From an uncultured Pseudomonadota bacterium (lineage in GTDB: Bacteria > Oederibacteriota > Muellerivitia > Muellerivitales > Muellerivitaceae), in assembly GCA_963836235.1 (NCBI GenBank), contig CAWIIP010000001.1:224001-288000 (forward strand): DNA of 64,000 nucleotides, given 5' to 3'. Below the pieces are notes generated by a model. That model was not told the DNA's origin. It searched no databases and worked only from the letters and a program-made list of their open reading frames with translations. Of the stretch, positions 1-10,330 are shown one piece after another (positions within the stretch are counted from its first letter, which is position 1; every line of letters begins with the position of its first letter). The translations under genes were made by a program, and so were the position numbers.

Positions 1-858
1 ACCAGAGTGGTGACATACCTAAATTGGGGTATGGTGAACGTGGTTGAGACGGACATTGTGGACTGCTTCGGAAGTATCCCACATGGAAGGCTGTTGAAAG
101 CGGTGGCTCGCAGGATAGCCGACAAAGGTATCCTGAGGGTGATCCGGCAATGGCTGAAATGCGGGGTGATGGAAGAAGGGCAGTTCCAAGAAACGACCAC
201 GGGAACGCCTCAAGGAGGGGTGATTTCGCCGCTTCTGGCGAATATTTACCTGGATGCGCTGGATCAACTTTGGAAGAAGCGGAAGATGGATTCCAAAAGC
301 GGATACAACGCCCAAATGGTCAGATACGCCGATGACATGGTAATTCTCACGGATCGGAGCCCCCGGGAGGCGGAAAGGCTGCTGAGGGAAACCTTGGGCA
401 GACTGGATTTGAAGCCTCACCCGGAAAAGACGCGGGTGGTGAACGCAAAGGCAGGGGATTTTAACTTTCTGGGGTTCAATTTCCGACAGCGGAAGAATCC
501 CCGAACAGGGAGAAGCCAATGCCTGTTTCAACCCTCGCAGAAGGCCCAAAAGAATGTGCGGGAGAAAATCAGACTGGCTACAGCAAGCCCGGAGTTAAAT
601 GAACTGGGTAAGGTGGTCAGAGAGAAAGTTAATCCCATTCTGAGAGGGTGGGTGAATTACTTTCGGATCGGAAACTCCAGCAAAACTTTTAATAATCTCC
701 GGAACTTTGCAAAGAAGAGAGTCCTGCGATTTATTCGCAGGAGGAAGAAACAAAGCGGGCCAGGTTGGGACAGGATCAGCGAGGATTTCCTTTATGGGAA
801 GCTGGGCCTGTTTAAGGAATACCGGGTGAAATGGTTTTCTCAACCCGCTGTGGCTTAG
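1..858 (+). CDS. ltrA: Group II intron reverse transcriptase/maturase, 5'-truncated by window edge, no endonuclease domain
   Basis: Frame open from base 1; motifs ETDIVDCFGSI, GTPQGGVISPLLANIYL, RYADD, FNFLGFNF, domain X NPILRGWVNYF; ends without HNH. Confidence 0.95.
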   Translation, partial: TRVVTYLNWGMVNVVETDIVDCFGSIPHGRLLKAVARRIADKGILRVIRQWLKCGVMEEGQFQETTTGTPQGGVISPLLANIYLDALDQLWKKRKMDSKSGYNAQMVRYADDMVILTDRSPREAERLLRETLGRLDLKPHPEKTRVVNAKAGDFNFLGFNFRQRKNPRTGRSQCLFQPSQKAQKNVREKIRLATASPELNELGKVVREKVNPILRGWVNYFRIGNSSKTFNNLRNFAKKRVLRFIRRRKKQSGPGWDRISEDFLYGKLGLFKEYRVKWFSQPAVA

Positions 859-886
859 ACGAAGGGCCTCCGGTGAATACCCTTGG

Positions 887-979
887 AAAGCCGTATGCGG
901 GAAAACCGCACGTACGGTTTGATGAGGAGGCGTTGGAAACGTGCCGGTTATCCGGTGACGCGCCAGTGCTTTACTCTAT
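887..979 (+). ncRNA. Group II intron ribozyme domains V and VI
   Basis: AAAGCCGTATGCGGGAAAACCGCACGTACGGTTT (AGC triad, GAAA loop, AC bulge), then GATGAGGAGGCG...CAGTGCTTTACTCTAT. Confidence 0.9.
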
Positions 980-1050
980 TCGTGGACAAAGAAAAAAGGA
1001 TAATGGACCTATATTTTGATGTGCCTAAAATAAATCAAGAGGAGGTCATT

Positions 1051-2835
1051 CTATCCTTTCCTGATATATTTCCTTGGGGAAGTTCCGAAAGCTCTACGGA
1101 ATATGATGGAAAAGGTACTGGCCGAAGCGAAGCCGCATTCCTGCGCGATCCTTTCCAATGTCAAGTCACCCTCCTTCAAGAGAGATTCAGCTTTCGATAA
1201 CCGGGCTTTACGCACATAGCGCCCGAAAGATTGTCCCGAAACTTTCATGAACCATTTCAGGAAAGTCGGAGGCGACAGTTCGGCTCTTCGACTGAGCTTT
1301 GAAAGACGCCAAGGTTTGTGCGGCTCCTTGTTGATATCAAAGAGAATGGTGTTCAACCGAGCCGTGACCGAGGCATCCCTGGGCTTATCCTGGTAACGGA
1401 CTAAGCTGTCAATGGATTCCTTAAAGGCGTTGACGAGGTCCGGCAGGGTGTTGGCCGAATCCAAACGATCCATCAATTCCGTACCCAGGGTCCTTACCGC
1501 GGACTGACCTATTCCCGTGCGGCGCTCGAATTGTTCCAAAAGGACATAAAGGGCGGAAAGCATATAGGCTTTTGTTATTTCCGGGCCATAGCCGGTATAA
1601 AGAAGCTGGTAGATGAAATTTTCCCTTGAGCGGGCCAGGCGGGCCGGAGATGAATGGGCCATGGATAAGCTAAGTTCCCGGATGAGGTTCTGAATTTTGG
1701 GCATGGACATTACCATCGGCGGGGACGAGTGGGTTCCGGAGAAGAGAATGTTTTTTCCCTCCTGTACGGCGGTGTGCATTGAAGCCACAGCCTCATTATA
1801 AGAATGGAGTAGGTTAGTCCCTTGGGGCATGAGTGGTCCGACACCGGCAATAATGGGTATTTGAAGTTTCTGTTCGAGGGTTTTACAAAGGGCCTGGATT
1901 TTTTCCCTAATCTCGATCCTGGCCTGGGCGGATGGCTGATTGGGCTTGGCGGAAGTCAAGACAGTGGCTGCGTAGTCACCAAGGGGAGAGCAAGCGATTT
2001 CTCCCAATTCGCGGGTGGTTAGGTAACATTCATGCTGGAATTTCCGGGCCTGGCTGAGGACCTCCAGCGATCCCACGTTGAGTCCGGGTTTTCGGGGCAT
2101 GAGGGCCGCCACAATTGTTGGAACGCGGCTGACGCCGACTTCCTCTTTGATCCATTGGGGTATGACATACCCCTTGTCGGGCTTGGCGAAGAATTTCTCC
2201 TTCCCCACGGCCCAATCCACCCAATAGGGATGGGGCAGTTGGCGAGAAAATACCTCCACCCTTAACCGGTCCAGTTCCCGTCCGATCCCTGGCGCCTGCC
2301 TTTCGTTAATCCAAAGCACTAAAAGTTCCATCAGGCGGATATAGCCTTCCAGCCCTTTCTGGTTCAGGACAGGTGAGTTCAAGGCCACCCGGGTAAAGTG
2401 CAGGAAATCCCGGTCCAAATCCGAACCTTCCACCCCGGTCCAGGCCTTCCATTGCAATCGGAGGTTGTCAACGGTCAAGCATTTTTCCAAAACGGGCCCG
2501 GAAATCAGGCAACCCCTGTACCGGCCTTTCTCATGGAAAGGAACAAACAGGTCGATGTAATCCCCGAAACGCCCGGCAAAGGGGCGTTTTTCGTTCCGCG
2601 CCTTTTTGAAGTTGGACCGCATGTAGCGGTCATGACCGGCCGACTTTCCGAAAAAAATTCCGAAAGTGGAGGGATAGAGATGACCCTCGGGCGTGAAGAG
2701 AAACCACCATTCGGTGACCTCGGCGTTCACGAAATAACAGGGCCGCCCGATAAAACGTTGGAATAGGACCTGGAATTTGGAAAAAATTTGAAATTCGTTC
2801 AATGGTTCATTCGGCGAATTTTTTTTCCTGGTCAT
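1051..2835 (-). CDS. AraC-family transcriptional regulator with large N-terminal sensor (PocR-like) region
   Basis: C-terminal double HTH (LSKLSRRAELSPPTFLKWF...LERIAQECGFASASTFSIIFRRAFGTSPRKY); divergent from the hydrolase genes. Confidence 0.88.
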   Translation of the reverse strand: MTRKKNSPNEPLNEFQIFSKFQVLFQRFIGRPCYFVNAEVTEWWFLFTPEGHLYPSTFGIFFGKSAGHDRYMRSNFKKARNEKRPFAGRFGDYIDLFVPFHEKGRYRGCLISGPVLEKCLTVDNLRLQWKAWTGVEGSDLDRDFLHFTRVALNSPVLNQKGLEGYIRLMELLVLWINERQAPGIGRELDRLRVEVFSRQLPHPYWVDWAVGKEKFFAKPDKGYVIPQWIKEEVGVSRVPTIVAALMPRKPGLNVGSLEVLSQARKFQHECYLTTRELGEIACSPLGDYAATVLTSAKPNQPSAQARIEIREKIQALCKTLEQKLQIPIIAGVGPLMPQGTNLLHSYNEAVASMHTAVQEGKNILFSGTHSSPPMVMSMPKIQNLIRELSLSMAHSSPARLARSRENFIYQLLYTGYGPEITKAYMLSALYVLLEQFERRTGIGQSAVRTLGTELMDRLDSANTLPDLVNAFKESIDSLVRYQDKPRDASVTARLNTILFDINKEPHKPWRLSKLSRRAELSPPTFLKWFMKVSGQSFGRYVRKARLSKAESLLKEGDLTLERIAQECGFASASTFSIIFRRAFGTSPRKYIRKG

Positions 2836-3082
2836 AGAATCTCCACCCGCGCGGCATAAGAGTTTAAAGCGGTTTAGTATAACGTGTTAATGATTTTATT
2901 ATTATAAAACAAGTATTTAACTGAAATAAAATCTAATTTTTTCCGCTCTGGTATCCTTCATCAATAATCCTAAAACTTCTTTGAGGGATTTTTGATGGAT
3001 CGAAGTGAACCGGGTTACATGAGTTGTTTCATTTTACTTAAGGGTTGAAACTCATAACGTTTGATAAGGCGAATTTCTTGAA
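2836..3082. promoter_or_regulatory. AT-rich divergent promoter region (araC-like / GH74)
   Basis: Head-to-head intergenic region, AT-rich, with TATAAC/TATAAA-like boxes; exact sites not resolved. Confidence 0.5.
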
Positions 3083-6000
3083 ATGAAAATTCGAACATTT
3101 TCCCTATTAGTAAAAGCGCTTCCGCTCTGGCTGGTGTTTGCCTGCTCCCAAGCCTTAGCCCAAACCTACACCTGGCAAAACGTCCCCGTCCCGGGAGGCG
3201 GGTTCGTCGCGGGGCTCGTCTATAGCCGCGCCGTCTCGGGCCTGATCTACGCGCGCGCCGACATAGGCGGTTTCTACCGATGGGACAGCGCCACCAGCCT
3301 GTGGATCCCACTGATCGACATGTACGGGATCAGCCAAGTCACCTACTTCGGGGGGGAGAGCATCGCACCGGATCCGACGAATGCCAACAATGTCTACGCG
3401 GCGGCCGGAATGTATGAGGGCAGCGGAAATGGGGTGATCCTTTCCTCTACCAACCAAGGCAACACCTGGACCATCAATTCCATCCCAGTCCCCATGGGTG
3501 GCAACGAGGACGGCCGCCAAGCGGGGGAGCGGCTGGTGGTGGACCCGAACTTAAACAGCATCCTCTATTTCGGCTCCCGCGACAACGGACTTTGGAAAAG
3601 CACCAACTCGGCGGCGAGCTGGAGCCAGGTAACTTCCTTTCCGACCAACGGGGACGCGGGTTATGGCATTACCTATGAGATTTTCCTTCCGGGCGGAAAC
3701 CCAGGCGCCGGAGCTGAAACTATTTTTGTGGGCGTGGATTCCATGAACGCCGGGAACAGCAGCCTATACCGTTCCACCAACGCCGGCGGCACTTGGACTG
3801 TGGTTCCAGGCGGACCCACTAACATGATTACACCGCATGCGTCCCTAGGAACCGACGGAAATTTGTGGGTGGCCTATGACAGCGGCGGCTATGGTCCCGG
3901 AGGAATCACGAACGGCCAAATTTGGAAACTCAATACCTCGACCCTCGCCTGGACCAACGTGACTCCCGCCGGCGGGCCGGCCTCCCCCAACGGCGGATAT
4001 GGCGACGTTAGCGTGGACGCCGAGAACCCCCAGCACGCCGTGGCCTCCACACTGGATTGGTGGAGCGGTCCGGACAAGGTCTTCCAGACGGTCAACGCGG
4101 GGGCAAGCTGGACGATCATCGCCAACATTACCGAGGGTTGGAATGCCGGGCCTTTCTCGGTCTATAACGACAACGGCGCCATTTGGACCCTGGGCTGCGG
4201 CACCGAAGCCGGAGGGACGGGTTGGGCGGGGAACTGCAAGATCGATCCCTTCAATTCAAACAACGCCTTTTACACGTCGGGGGGTGAACCGGGGGGCGGC
4301 GGGCTTTGGTTCAGCGGCAACATCAATGCCGCCACGCAGCCCGCGGGGGTCACCTGGACTTTCGACACCTATGGCGAGGAGGAAACGGCGCCCATTTTCC
4401 TGCCCGCTTCCGCGGCGGGCGGGGTTTTCTTCAGCGCCGTGGGTGACATCGCCGGTATGCGCTACACCAACGTCACCCAGCCTTCGACTTCAGGAGCTTA
4501 TTGCAACCCGCAATTTGGCAGCATGACCGGCGTGGATTTTGCCGAGCTGAACACGAACGACGTGGTGCGGATAGGCAGCAGCAACACGACCACTTCGGAC
4601 GTGGCCTATTCCACCAATAACGGCCAGACATGGAGCCCCTGGGGTAGCGCCCCGCCGGGTTACGGCACGGCCAACCAGATGGGTTCGGTCGCTGTCGCGG
4701 CGGACGGGTCCCACGTGGTGGTCAGCCCTTATAACGGATACGGCTCGCCGGCTTACGCCTCCTCTCTCGGGGGGGCCTGGACCACCTGCGCGGGGCTTCC
4801 CAGCGGTTCCATGCTGGCCGCCGACCGGGTCAGCCCCGCCACGATCTACGCCACCTATCCCCAGGAGCCGGGAAACGGCCCTTTGTCCGTTTACGTGAGC
4901 ACGAATTACGGGGCGAGTTTTACCCTGGTGAATACGATCACGAACACGGGCGCGATTCCGGCCCCGGGCTGGTACGAAGTATTTCCCCGGGCCGTTTTCG
5001 GCCAGGCCGGGGAATTTTGGGTCAACTCGATGAATCTGTACCGCTACACGAACGCCGGGGCCACCAGAACCCAGATCGCCAACGTCACCGGCGCCCTCGG
5101 TGTTGGGTTCGGCAAGGCCGACAGCCCCACCTACACCCATCCGGCGGTTTACCTGATCGGGACCGTCGGCGGGACATACGGATTCTTCCGCTGTGATGAT
5201 GGGGTCGGCACCACCTGGACCCGGATCAACGATGCCAACCACCAGTACGGGGACGCGATGGGTATTGAAGGGGACGAAACCGTTTACGGCCGCGCCTATG
5301 TCGGAGCCGGGGGCCGGGGTATTCTTTACGGGGATATTCCGGCCGGCACACCAACGAATACCCCCACCTCCACGCCCACGAAAACACCAACCAACACTCC
5401 CACCAAGACTCCTACAAACACTCCCACCAATACGCAAACCAATACCGTGACGAATACCCCTACTAAAACGCCTACCAATACCCCAACCAACACCTCTACT
5501 TTGACGCAAACCAATAGTCCTACCATGACACGAACGAATAGTCCCACGAATACGGCGACCGCTACTCCTAGTTCGACCGCGACCTCCAGCCCAACGGCCA
5601 CTCGGACCAATTCGGCCACGAATACCGTTACCTCCACAGCCACTTCCGCCCCTTCCAACACGGTGACGGGCACGACAACGGCCACCAGGACCAACACGGC
5701 TTCGGCTACCGCAACAAGTACAATGGCGAACACTTCAACGTCCACCCCGTCAAATACCGCCACTCGAACCATCATGGCGACAGCTACCAATACTTTAGTC
5801 AATACAACCACCAACACAGCCACCAAAACGGCAACTTCCACTCCCACCAATACTATGACCAACACGGTGACCAATACCGTCACTTCCACGGCCACCCCTA
5901 CCGAATCCAACACGTACACCAACACACCCACTTCCACCTCTTCCAACACAGCGACGGGCACGACAACGGCCACCAGGACGAACACGGCCTCGGCTACCGC

Positions 6001-7111
6001 AACAAATACAGTGGCGAACACTTCAACGTCCACCCCGTCAAATACCGCTACTCAAACCATCACGGCGACAGCTACCAATACTTTAGTCAATACAACCACC
6101 AACACAGTCACCAAAACGGTAACTTCCACTCCCACCAATACTATGACCAACACGGTGACCAATACCGTCACTTCCACGGCCACCCTTACCGAGTCCAACA
6201 CGTTCACCAGCACACCCACTTTCACCCCTTCCAACACCGCCACCCCAACCCCCACGAATACAGTCACCAATACCGATAGCCCCACCATTACTTCCACGCC
6301 CACTAATACCAATGTGATTACGCCGACTTATACCGGTACGGCCACCAACACACCTACCTCCACAGCCACTAACACGGCCACCAAGACCGCCACTTCCACC
6401 CCAACCAATAGCTTGACGGACACGGCCACTCCAACCGCCACAGCCACCGCGACGGCTTCCACTACACCGACTCCGTCCCCCACGGAAACTCCGTCGGCTA
6501 CTCTCACCGCTACGCTTTCAGCTTCGCCAACGGCCACCACGACCGCCTCGAACACGGCGACTAAAACAACGACTCCCACAACCACCAGCACTTTGACCCC
6601 AACGGTAACCACCACGCCCACCGATACCCTGGTGAACACGGCCACCCAAACCGCCACGGCTACTCCCACCAGCAGCTGGACGAATACCGCCACTCATACG
6701 GCGACCGCCAGTGCCACTTCCACACTCACCCCAACCCCTTCCAGCACGTCCACGAACAGCCCGACCCCCGCCTTGACGGCGATAGCCACTGCGACCTCAA
6801 CGGTACTTCCATCCTCCACTTCCACACCTTCGGGAAACAAAGGGGTGGTGATTTACCCCAATCCGGTCACGGGTCCTACGGTGAATGTGCTTCCACCGGC
6901 CTATACGGGGGTTTCGAACGTGGAGGTGGAAATCTTCACGACGGCGTTCCGGAAGGTGCAGGAAGAGACCTTCCCGAACGTGCCATCGGGCACGGCGGTG
7001 AGGGTGCAATTGACCGACAGATGGGGAACGCCCCTGGCCAACGGGCTTTACTACGTCGTGGTCATCGTCGACGGCCATCGTTCCTTCGGCAAACTTCTGG
7101 TTTTGAGATAA
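3083..7111 (+). CDS. Secreted GH74 xyloglucanase-like enzyme + ~500-aa Thr-rich linker + T9SS-type-A-like CTD
   Basis: Signal peptide ending ALA-Q; [23 protein letters not shown] and SAVGDIAG catalytic-Asp contexts, Asp-box repeats; CTD IYPNP...NGLYYV...GKLLVLR. Confidence 0.92.
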   Translation: MKIRTFSLLVKALPLWLVFACSQALAQTYTWQNVPVPGGGFVAGLVYSRAVSGLIYARADIGGFYRWDSATSLWIPLIDMYGISQVTYFGGESIAPDPTNANNVYAAAGMYEGSGNGVILSSTNQGNTWTINSIPVPMGGNEDGRQAGERLVVDPNLNSILYFGSRDNGLWKSTNSAASWSQVTSFPTNGDAGYGITYEIFLPGGNPGAGAETIFVGVDSMNAGNSSLYRSTNAGGTWTVVPGGPTNMITPHASLGTDGNLWVAYDSGGYGPGGITNGQIWKLNTSTLAWTNVTPAGGPASPNGGYGDVSVDAENPQHAVASTLDWWSGPDKVFQTVNAGASWTIIANITEGWNAGPFSVYNDNGAIWTLGCGTEAGGTGWAGNCKIDPFNSNNAFYTSGGEPGGGGLWFSGNINAATQPAGVTWTFDTYGEEETAPIFLPASAAGGVFFSAVGDIAGMRYTNVTQPSTSGAYCNPQFGSMTGVDFAELNTNDVVRIGSSNTTTSDVAYSTNNGQTWSPWGSAPPGYGTANQMGSVAVAADGSHVVVSPYNGYGSPAYASSLGGAWTTCAGLPSGSMLAADRVSPATIYATYPQEPGNGPLSVYVSTNYGASFTLVNTITNTGAIPAPGWYEVFPRAVFGQAGEFWVNSMNLYRYTNAGATRTQIANVTGALGVGFGKADSPTYTHPAVYLIGTVGGTYGFFRCDDGVGTTWTRINDANHQYGDAMGIEGDETVYGRAYVGAGGRGILYGDIPAGTPTNTPTSTPTKTPTNTPTKTPTNTPTNTQTNTVTNTPTKTPTNTPTNTSTLTQTNSPTMTRTNSPTNTATATPSSTATSSPTATRTNSATNTVTSTATSAPSNTVTGTTTATRTNTASATATSTMANTSTSTPSNTATRTIMATATNTLVNTTTNTATKTATSTPTNTMTNTVTNTVTSTATPTESNTYTNTPTSTSSNTATGTTTATRTNTASATATNTVANTSTSTPSNTATQTITATATNTLVNTTTNTVTKTVTSTPTNTMTNTVTNTVTSTATLTESNTFTSTPTFTPSNTATPTPTNTVTNTDSPTITSTPTNTNVITPTYTGTATNTPTSTATNTATKTATSTPTNSLTDTATPTATATATASTTPTPSPTETPSATLTATLSASPTATTTASNTATKTTTPTTTSTLTPTVTTTPTDTLVNTATQTATATPTSSWTNTATHTATASATSTLTPTPSSTSTNSPTPALTAIATATSTVLPSSTSTPSGNKGVVIYPNPVTGPTVNVLPPAYTGVSNVEVEIFTTAFRKVQEETFPNVPSGTAVRVQLTDRWGTPLANGLYYVVVIVDGHRSFGKLLVLR
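5653..6228 (+). repeat. Tandem 288-bp (96-aa) duplication inside the GH74 linker
   Basis: ttccaacac...gacgggcacgacaacggccaccaggac at 5653 and 5941; near-identical units. Confidence 0.85.
6338..7074 (+). repeat. Copy 1 of ~737-bp direct repeat (distal linker + CTD)
   Basis: Matches 9432-10168 at offset 3094; translations identical from [12 protein letters not shown] to VVVIVDG. Confidence 0.92.
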
Positions 7112-7115
7112 GTGA

Positions 7116-10100
7116 ATGGGAAGAATTCTAAATTTTTACTCTTGGACGATGCTGGCTTTTCTTGCCGCGGCGGGAAACGCCTATTCGCAGGTTACCGTCA
7201 CCTTCACGGTTGACCCAAGCCAGAACAACAACCCCATTTCCCCCTATATCTACGGTTCCAATTTCACTATCCCCGGCGTCACCAATACGCTTTACCGTCA
7301 GGGAGGAAACCGGCTGTCCGCCTATAATTGGGAAACCAACTGGTCCAATGGCGGATCGGACTGGTATTACGAAAACGACACCAACATGGGAAACAAGGCC
7401 GACGGCGCCTCCTGGGCTGTTACTAATTTCGTCGGTCAAAATAAAGCGTTAGGCGCCGATTCACTGGCGACCCTTCAGCTGGTGGGTTACGTTTCGGCCA
7501 ACGGCGAGCCGTCCGTGCAGGTTCCCGCGGCCGACTTTATGACAGCCCCCGGCCTCACCGATCCCAACGGCAATTTTTTCCAAACCATCCTCGCCAAACC
7601 CGGGGCGCCCGCTTCCTATTCCACCCCGCCCGCCACCGTCGGCCCGGTGGTGTATACCGACGAGATGGTCAACGATGTGGTCAAACTCATCGGCAGTTCT
7701 ACCAGCGGCGGAGTCAAATTCTGGGATTTGGACAACGAACCAGGGGTCTGGCCAGGTACACACAAGGAAGTCCACAACTACCCGGTGAGCTATGTTGAGG
7801 TCGCGGGCAAGGGGATTACGGAAGCCACGCAGGTCAAGGCCATCGACCCCGGCGCGAAAATTTTAGGGCCGGTGGCCTACGGGTGGGGGGATTTCATGAG
7901 TTTGGGCGGCGCGCCCGACCAAAACGCCTCCTATGCCACCCCCTACAAAAACGGCTGGACCCCGTGGGTCAACTATTACCTGGCCATGATGAACCAGGCC
8001 TCCGTGTCCCAGGGGGTCCGGCTACTGGACTACCTGGATTTGCACGTCTACTCGGAAGGCACCGACGCTGCGGGCAACCGGATCAATAACACCGACGTTA
8101 GCCAGGACGCGGCCACCACCCGCATGCAGCTTCCCCGCGAAATGTGGGACTCGACCTACACTGAGAACAACTGGATCTCCTGCTGCGTGCCCAGCTACGG
8201 GCCCATGACCCTGATACCCCGACTGGAAGCGACCATTAACCAGTATTACCCAGGCACCAAGATCGCCTTCTCCGAATACGGTTACGGGGGGAATGGGGAC
8301 ATCTCGGGGGGAATCGCGGAGGCGGATTTCCTGGGCATCCTGGGCAAATACCCGAACATGATGGCCTGCATCTGGCCTGGGGGAACCGAAACCTACCTCA
8401 CCTGCGCCTTCAACTTTTACCTGAATTACGACGGAAGCGGCTCCAAGTTCGGGACTACTTCCGTCCTGGCCAATTCCAACAACGTACCTGAGGCCACCAT
8501 TTACGCGGCCACCAACAGCGCCAAACCCAACCTCTTAAACGTCATCGTCCTCAACAAGGACTACAGCAACAATACTACGGCCAACGTGAGCCTCTCCAAC
8601 TTAAGCGGGGCGATTGCTTCTATTCGGGCCTTCCGGTTCGATTCGGCCATTTCGGTTATTTCCCCCTCTACAGTGCCAGCCTTCACCGCCAACACCTTCA
8701 CCGACACCCTGCCCTTCCGATCCGCCACCCTCTATGAGCTCACCTTGAGCCAGGCGACCTCCACCCCCACCAACAGCCTTACGTATACCCCTACCTCAAC
8801 TCCAACCCCCACCCGGACCAATACCGCCACCAACACGGCAACCAATAGTCCCACAAAAACTCAGACCAATACTCCAACCAGTACACTCTCATTTACTCCT
8901 ATTAATACGACGGCAAATACGTCGACAACAACACCATCAAGTACCGCTACGCGCACTTCTACGAACACACCTACCAATACCGTAATTCCCAGCGCGACTT
9001 CAACCCCCACCCTCACCGCCACGGCGACACCAACGAAAACCTTAACCAATACCACGACCCTCACCAATACGCCGGCCAATACGGGGACTCCCACCACTAC
9101 CCAAACCGCCACGTTGACACTTTCCAATACCGTCACCAACACGGCTACTTCCTCCGCTACGCGCACCGAAACCTCCACTGCGACCATGACGCCCACTAAT
9201 ACGCTGGCCAATTCTCCCACCAACACCGCTACATCCACAGCCACCTTTACCTCTACCAACACCACCACCCGCATCCCAACGGCGACAGCAACCTATACCG
9301 CCACGAACACAACGACTTCCACGATCACGAACACGGTCTCCAACTCCGGCACGCCGACGCCGTCCGCCACCGGAACTCTTCCAACCTTCACGGATACCCC
9401 AACCTTGACGCCTTCTTTTACGCCGACCGCGACGGCCACCAACACACCTACCTCCACAGCCACTAACACGGCCACCAAGACCGCCACTTCCACCCCAACC
9501 AATAGCTTGACGGACACGGCCACTCCAACCGCCACAGCCACCGCGACGGCTTCCACTACACCGACTCCGTCCCCCACGGAAACTCCGTCGGCTACTCTCA
9601 CCGCTACGCTTTCAGCTTCGCCAACGGCCACCACGACCGCCTCGAACACGGCGACTAAAACAACGACTCCCACAACCACCAGCACTTTGACCCCAACGGT
9701 AACCACCACGCCCACCGATACCCTGGTGAACACGGCCACCCAAACCGCCACGGCTACTCCCACCAGCAGCTGGACGAATACCGCCACTCATACGGCGACC
9801 GCCAGTGCCACTTCCACACTCACCCCAACCCCTTCCAGCACGTCCACGAACAGCCCGACCCCCGCCTTGACGGCGATAGCCACTGCGACCTCAACGGTAC
9901 TTCCATCCTCCACTTCCACACCTTCGGGAAACAAAGGGGTGGTGATTTACCCCAATCCGGTCACGGGTCCTACGGTGAATGTGCTTCCACCGGCCTATAC
10001 GGGGGTTTCGAACGTGGAGGTGGAAATCTTCACGACGGCGTTCCGGAAGGTGCAGGAAGAGACCTTCCCGAACGTGCCATCGGGCACGGCGGTGAGGGTG

Positions 10101-10205
10101 CAATTGACCGACAGATGGGGAACGCCCCTGGCCAACGGGCTTTACTACGTCGTGGTCATCGTCGACGGTCGGCGTTCCTTCGCCAAATTGCTCATTCTTC
10201 ACTAA
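7116..10205 (+). CDS. Secreted GH44 endoglucanase/xyloglucanase-like enzyme + ~390-aa Thr-rich linker + T9SS-type-A-like CTD
   Basis: Signal peptide; [27 protein letters not shown] (acid/base), [14 protein letters not shown] (nucleophile). Confidence 0.9.
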   Translation: MGRILNFYSWTMLAFLAAAGNAYSQVTVTFTVDPSQNNNPISPYIYGSNFTIPGVTNTLYRQGGNRLSAYNWETNWSNGGSDWYYENDTNMGNKADGASWAVTNFVGQNKALGADSLATLQLVGYVSANGEPSVQVPAADFMTAPGLTDPNGNFFQTILAKPGAPASYSTPPATVGPVVYTDEMVNDVVKLIGSSTSGGVKFWDLDNEPGVWPGTHKEVHNYPVSYVEVAGKGITEATQVKAIDPGAKILGPVAYGWGDFMSLGGAPDQNASYATPYKNGWTPWVNYYLAMMNQASVSQGVRLLDYLDLHVYSEGTDAAGNRINNTDVSQDAATTRMQLPREMWDSTYTENNWISCCVPSYGPMTLIPRLEATINQYYPGTKIAFSEYGYGGNGDISGGIAEADFLGILGKYPNMMACIWPGGTETYLTCAFNFYLNYDGSGSKFGTTSVLANSNNVPEATIYAATNSAKPNLLNVIVLNKDYSNNTTANVSLSNLSGAIASIRAFRFDSAISVISPSTVPAFTANTFTDTLPFRSATLYELTLSQATSTPTNSLTYTPTSTPTPTRTNTATNTATNSPTKTQTNTPTSTLSFTPINTTANTSTTTPSSTATRTSTNTPTNTVIPSATSTPTLTATATPTKTLTNTTTLTNTPANTGTPTTTQTATLTLSNTVTNTATSSATRTETSTATMTPTNTLANSPTNTATSTATFTSTNTTTRIPTATATYTATNTTTSTITNTVSNSGTPTPSATGTLPTFTDTPTLTPSFTPTATATNTPTSTATNTATKTATSTPTNSLTDTATPTATATATASTTPTPSPTETPSATLTATLSASPTATTTASNTATKTTTPTTTSTLTPTVTTTPTDTLVNTATQTATATPTSSWTNTATHTATASATSTLTPTPSSTSTNSPTPALTAIATATSTVLPSSTSTPSGNKGVVIYPNPVTGPTVNVLPPAYTGVSNVEVEIFTTAFRKVQEETFPNVPSGTAVRVQLTDRWGTPLANGLYYVVVIVDGRRSFAKLLILH
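9432..10168 (+). repeat. Copy 2 of ~737-bp direct repeat (distal linker + CTD)
   Basis: Matches 6338-7074. Confidence 0.92.
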
Positions 10206-10330
10206 ATTTTCATATTCCTGTATTTTTCCTGAGTAAAAAAAGTTGAAATGATGCAGTTGGTCTGAGTATAAAACCTTGTCCACGGTGGGACCCGTTTTGG
10301 ACAGGTGAAGAATAGACGTCGGGAGGCCGC

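Larger units (their letters stand above)
1..979 (+). mobile_element. Group II intron, 3' portion; 3' splice site predicted after ...ACTCTAT (979)
   Basis: RT ORF followed by domain V and a domain VI hairpin ending in AY. Confidence 0.88.

Noticed and set aside
883-1200. ORF MESRMRENRTYG...
   Set aside because: Spurious translation of intron domain V that overlaps the araC-like gene.
5326-9787. Val-rich minus-strand ORFs that look like membrane proteins
   Set aside because: Antisense shadows of ACN (Thr) codon runs in the linkers; the same applies at 24918-25517 and 35149-35400.
6338-10168. RT plus repeat pair as a diversity-generating retroelement
   Set aside because: The RT has domain X and intron domains V/VI; the repeat copies are long, both coding, and show no adenine-specific mismatches.
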